From the NCBI RefSeq assembly GCF_000012805.1, contig NC_007484.1:3150001-3182000 (forward strand): a stretch of DNA of 32,000 nucleotides, in the 5' to 3' direction. Under the pieces are notes generated by a model. That model saw only the letters and a list, made by a program, of their open reading frames with translations, was not told the origin of the DNA and ran no database searches. The DNA comes from Nitrosococcus oceani ATCC 19707 (lineage in GTDB: Bacteria; Pseudomonadota; Gammaproteobacteria; Nitrosococcales; Nitrosococcaceae). Below, one piece after another: positions 28,255 to 32,000 of the stretch. The first letter of the stretch is position 1, and every line of letters starts with the position of its first letter. The position numbers and the translations under genes are program-made.

Positions 28255-28406
28255 ATTTTTGTCCTCATACAGTTAGCAACATGATCTGATTTTAAATGAC
28301 GATTTTTATTAATATTCTTTTAAGGGTAGACATCTTTCTTTAAAAGACTATTTTATAGATAGTTTGAATAATTTTTAACCGCCGATAGAACAAGGCTATC
28401 ACTTTT

Positions 28407-29858
28407 TTAATTTGTGTCCCCAGGTTCCACCATATTACCGACCTGGACAACTTTCAGCGCATTAGTTCCCCCCTGCACACCCGTGAGATCACCCTTGGTA
28501 ATGATGACCCAGTCTCCGTCCCGTACCGCTCCTCGGCGTTGTAATTCACCGATTGCTTCACGGTGGATGAGTACATGATCGGAAGAATCCATAGTAAAAC
28601 TTACCGGGCAAACCCCGCGATATAGGGTTACCTTTCTACGCGTCTCCACATGCCGCGTCAAGGCATAAATGGGGATGGCAGAACTGATACGGGACATCCA
28701 TAGAGGGGTAGAGCCGGACTCGGTAAGCGCTGCGATTGCCTTGATATCAGAATGATTAGCCAAATACATGGCGGCCATCGCAATCCCCTCATCCACCCGG
28801 CTAAAATGGGTACTAATACGATGGCTAGAGACGGTGATTTGATACTGCTTCTCCGCTTCACGGCAAATCCGGTCCATTGCTGCAACCGCTTTACCTGGAA
28901 AATCGCCTGATGCCGTTTCGGCTGATAGCATCACCGCATCCGTGCCATCTAAAACCGCATTAGCAACATCAAACACTTCAGCCCGGGTGGGAATGGGGTT
29001 TTTAATCATCGTTTCCATCATCTGGGTTGCCGTAATCACAACCCTATTCATTTTTCGCGCTAAATGAATGATGTTTTTCTGCACTGGCGGCAAAGCCGCG
29101 TCTCCAATTTCAACGCCAAGATCTCCCCGTGCCACCATAACCGCCTCAGAGGCGGCAATCATTTCTTCCAAAGACTCCAAGGCTTCAGCGCGCTCGATTT
29201 TCGCCACAATTCCGCCTCTTCCGCCAGCCATGTGAAATAACTCCCGGGCCTCATTTAAATCAGCAGCACTGCGAGGAAAAGAGACTGCTAAATAATCGGC
29301 CTGCATCTCAGCGGCACATCGGATATCTTGACGATCTTTAGTAGTCAGCGCTTTGGCCGAAAGCCCCCCTCCTTGGCGGTTAATACCTTTGTTGTTTAAC
29401 AAAACACCGCCAATCACTACGCGGCAAACGATCTTTGGGCCTATGACCTCTTCAACCCACAGGACAATCCGGCCATCGTCTAGGAGCAAGGTATCGCCCC
29501 GGTTGACATCATTCACCAACGCTTTGTAGGCGACCCCTACTTGGTTTTCATCACCCGCAGTCTCCGGCAAGCTAACGTCTAGGATAAAATGGGCCTTATC
29601 CTCCAAATTTGCTTTACCGGCCTTGAACTTGGCAATACGGATTTTTGGCCCTTGTAAATCGGCCAGTACGCCTACCTGCCGCCCATAGGCTTGGGCCCGA
29701 TTCCGTAGAATTTCTGCCCGCTCCCGGTGTAATTCATGGGAGCCGTGGGAAAAATTCAAACGTACCACATCCACTCCAGCTTCGATAATCTGGTCTAAGA
29801 TCTTCGGATCATCTGTTGCTGGACCTAGGGTTGCGACGATTTTAGTTCGTCTTTGCAT
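28407..29858 (-). CDS. pyk: Pyruvate kinase
   Basis: 483 aa. TKIVATLGPAT...VVRLNFSHG and MVARGDLGVEI motifs. Confidence 0.95.
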   Translation of the reverse strand: MQRRTKIVATLGPATDDPKILDQIIEAGVDVVRLNFSHGSHELHRERAEILRNRAQAYGRQVGVLADLQGPKIRIAKFKAGKANLEDKAHFILDVSLPETAGDENQVGVAYKALVNDVNRGDTLLLDDGRIVLWVEEVIGPKIVCRVVIGGVLLNNKGINRQGGGLSAKALTTKDRQDIRCAAEMQADYLAVSFPRSAADLNEARELFHMAGGRGGIVAKIERAEALESLEEMIAASEAVMVARGDLGVEIGDAALPPVQKNIIHLARKMNRVVITATQMMETMIKNPIPTRAEVFDVANAVLDGTDAVMLSAETASGDFPGKAVAAMDRICREAEKQYQITVSSHRISTHFSRVDEGIAMAAMYLANHSDIKAIAALTESGSTPLWMSRISSAIPIYALTRHVETRRKVTLYRGVCPVSFTMDSSDHVLIHREAIGELQRRGAVRDGDWVIITKGDLTGVQGGTNALKVVQVGNMVEPGDTN

Positions 29859-29933
29859 AGCTTTTACGAGGTCCTCCCCGATATTGTTCGCAACCGAGCA
29901 AAATCCTCGAGGGTGCTAAAAATAACACGCTGG

Positions 29934-31112
29934 TTATTGGCTGGCCCGTTCTTCAAGAATAGCAACCGCGGGCAGTTGCTTTCCCTCCAGAAACTCCAAA
30001 AAAGCCCCTCCACCCGTGGAAATATAAGAGACCTGATCGCCCACTCCATATTTTGCTACAGCTGCTAAAGTATCGCCGCCACCCGCGATGGAAAAGGCGG
30101 GGCTTTCAGCAATTGCCAATGCCAGAGCCTTGGTGCCTTCCCCGAATTGATCGAACTCAAATACGCCCACCGGGCCATTCCAGACGATGGTCCCCGCACC
30201 CTTCAATATTTCTGCAAAATGCTTCGAAGTCTCAGGCCCGATATCAAAAATCATGTCTTCATCCGTAACCTTGCCTATCCGCTTAAGGACGGCCTCTGCG
30301 TTCTCGGAAAATTCCTGACCGCAAACCACATCCACCGGCAGTGGGATATCCCCTCCTCCTTCCTGCGCCGCGGTTCTAAGTTGCTTGGCAGTCCCAACTA
30401 AATCCGCTTCATAAAGAGATTTACCCACATTGTAATCCGCGGCTGCAATAAAGGTATTAGCGATGCCGCCACCTACAATCAACTGATCCACCACCTGGGA
30501 TAGGCTTTCCAGTACGGTTAATTTGGTGGAGACCTTGGAACCGCCCACAATAGCCACTAAAGGCCGGGCAGGATTTTCCAAAGCCTTACCTAAAGCCTCT
30601 AGTTCCCCCGCCAGTAAAGGTCCCGCGCAGGCAACTGGGGCATACTTTGCCACCCCATGGGTTGAGGCTTGAGCCCGGTGGGCGCTGCCAAAGGCATCCA
30701 TCACATAAATATCACAAAGGGCCGCCATCTTTTTGGCTAGAGCCTCATCGTTCTTTTTCTCTCCCCGGTTAAACCGGACATTTTCGCATAACACGAGCTG
30801 ACCCTTCTCAACCGCCATCCCCTCCAGCCAATCCGGAGCCAAACGAACTTCCTGTCCTAATAGGTGAGATAAATATCCCGCTACTGGAGCCAGAGAAAAA
30901 GCAGCATCGAATTCCCCTTCGGTAGGACGGCCAAGGTGGGACATCACCATGACCTTAGCCCCCGCCTGCATCGCCTGTTGAATCGAGGGCAACGATGCCC
31001 GGATACGGGTATCATCGGTAATCTCACCATTTTTCAAGGGTACATTAAGGTCTTCACGGATAAGAACGCGCTTCCCGGCAAGATCCAGCTCGGACATCTT
31101 TAAAATAGGCAT
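29934..31112 (-). CDS. pgk: Phosphoglycerate kinase
   Basis: 392 aa. [21 protein letters not shown] and [14 protein letters not shown] motifs. AAGGAG SD. Confidence 0.96.
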   Translation of the reverse strand: MPILKMSELDLAGKRVLIREDLNVPLKNGEITDDTRIRASLPSIQQAMQAGAKVMVMSHLGRPTEGEFDAAFSLAPVAGYLSHLLGQEVRLAPDWLEGMAVEKGQLVLCENVRFNRGEKKNDEALAKKMAALCDIYVMDAFGSAHRAQASTHGVAKYAPVACAGPLLAGELEALGKALENPARPLVAIVGGSKVSTKLTVLESLSQVVDQLIVGGGIANTFIAAADYNVGKSLYEADLVGTAKQLRTAAQEGGGDIPLPVDVVCGQEFSENAEAVLKRIGKVTDEDMIFDIGPETSKHFAEILKGAGTIVWNGPVGVFEFDQFGEGTKALALAIAESPAFSIAGGGDTLAAVAKYGVGDQVSYISTGGGAFLEFLEGKQLPAVAILEERASQ

Positions 31113-31207
31113 GGAACTTACTCCTTCAGTAGAGCTCTTTTCATCTAAAGACGAGCCGTCCGCCTAGGTAGACTAAAAGCAGGCGCCTCTCGCTTTACAA
31201 TGGGATG

Positions 31208-31243
31208 AAAAAGGTTAGGGCCGCCCGTCCAACAAGCGGCCCC
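31208..31243 (-). terminator. Weak terminator/attenuator-like hairpin between gap and pgk
   Basis: The minus strand reads GGGCCGC-ttgttggacgg-GCGGCCC, then TAACC, then TTTTT. The stem is 7 bp of GC, but the T-run is displaced by 5 nt. Confidence 0.35.
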
Positions 31244-31261
31244 ACATCCCGCTATCCTGCT

Positions 31262-32000
31262 TTACTTGGCATTCATTAGGGCCACAGTGGCATCCAACAT
31301 GCGATTGGAGAAGCCCCATTCATTGTCATACCACGCCAAAACTTTGACCAAATTGCCTTCCATTACCTTGGTCAAGCTAGCCTCATAAACAGAAGATGAA
31401 GGATCATGATTGAAGTCCATGGAGACAAGCGGTTTGTCATTGTAAGCAAGCACCCCCTGCAAGTCACCCTCAGAGGCTTCTCGCATCATCCCGTCAACGT
31501 TTTCTTTGGTGGTATTGCGGGAGGCCACGAAAGTAAGATCCACTAGGGAAACGTTGATGGTCGGTACTCGAATCGCAAAACCATCCAGCTTGCCATTAAG
31601 TTCCGGCAATACTAGCCCAACCGCTGCGGCTGCACCCGTTTTGGTGGGGATCATCGACTGAGTGGCGGACCGGGCCCGGCGAAGATCCGTATGATAAACG
31701 TCCGTCAGTACCTGATCGTTGGTATAGGAGTGGACTGTCGTCATCAAACCATGCTCAACCCCAATATTATCTTGGAGCACCTTTACCAGCGGTGCCAAGC
31801 AATTGGTGGTACAAGAGGCGTTGGAAATGACAGTATGGGAAGCTTTTAGAGAATCATGATTGACACCGTAGACAATAGTGGCGTCAACGTCCCCGCCCCC
31901 CGGGGCCGAAATAATTACTTTTTTAGCCCCCGCTTGAAGGTGGGCTGAGGCTTTTCCCTTGCTAGTGAATAACCCCGTACATTCGTGCACTACATCCACG
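31262..32000 (-). CDS. gap: Glyceraldehyde-3-phosphate dehydrogenase, 5' end outside window
   Basis: The frame is open to the window edge. Active-site motif [12 protein letters not shown] and C-terminal [14 protein letters not shown] are present. Confidence 0.95.
   Translation of the reverse strand, partial: VDVVHECTGLFTSKGKASAHLQAGAKKVIISAPGGGDVDATIVYGVNHDSLKASHTVISNASCTTNCLAPLVKVLQDNIGVEHGLMTTVHSYTNDQVLTDVYHTDLRRARSATQSMIPTKTGAAAAVGLVLPELNGKLDGFAIRVPTINVSLVDLTFVASRNTTKENVDGMMREASEGDLQGVLAYNDKPLVSMDFNHDPSSSVYEASLTKVMEGNLVKVLAWYDNEWGFSNRMLDATVALMNAK

Overview
This window reads as conserved core chromosome of a gammaproteobacterium. I found no convincing new multi-gene system, such as a defence, toxin or mobile system. 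I call 31 protein-coding genes, two of them cut by the window edges.

Gene layout:
- 1-3473: a partial GNAT/nitrilase fusion gene (-), then a DesA-like membrane fatty-acid desaturase and an SDR epimerase-like gene (+).
- 3557-11785 (-): one long tightly packed string, mlaF-mlaE-mlaD-mlaB-mlaC-ibaG-murA-hisG-hisD-hisC.
- 11786-12222: a 437-bp divergent control region.
- 12223-24601 (+): mlaA-kdsD-kdsC-lptC-lptA-lptB-rpoN-hpf-ptsN-(short hprK)-rapZ-(EIIA-Man-type)-ptsH-ptsI, then mgtE.
- 24795-32000: mdh (-), an MFS transporter (+), then fba-pyk-pgk-gap (-). The gap gene is 5'-truncated by the window edge.

The synteny resembles the Pseudomonas his-murA-mla / kdsD-lpt-rpoN-ptsN locus. The CbbA-type class II aldolase cluster and roughly 50% GC would fit an autotrophic member of the Chromatiales (Nitrosococcus-like), but I cannot verify this without a database search. 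I saw no rRNA, tRNA, CRISPR, transposase, integrase or phage genes.

Most unusual items, all moderate at best:
1. LptA carries a low-complexity linker and a C-terminal SH3b-like domain.
2. A short, motif-divergent HprK sits inside a permease-less PTS module.
3. The desaturase has a C-terminal tail that looks like the helical segment of ISL3-family transposases.
4. A sigma54-type -24/-12 element and a 12-bp long-range inverted repeat lie in the mlaF/mlaA divergent region.
5. A GC-rich 193-bp spacer with a coupled 59-codon ORF lies between hisD and hisC.
6. The desaturase/SDR pair is compositionally distinct.

All calls rest on my own reading of motifs. No searches were run.
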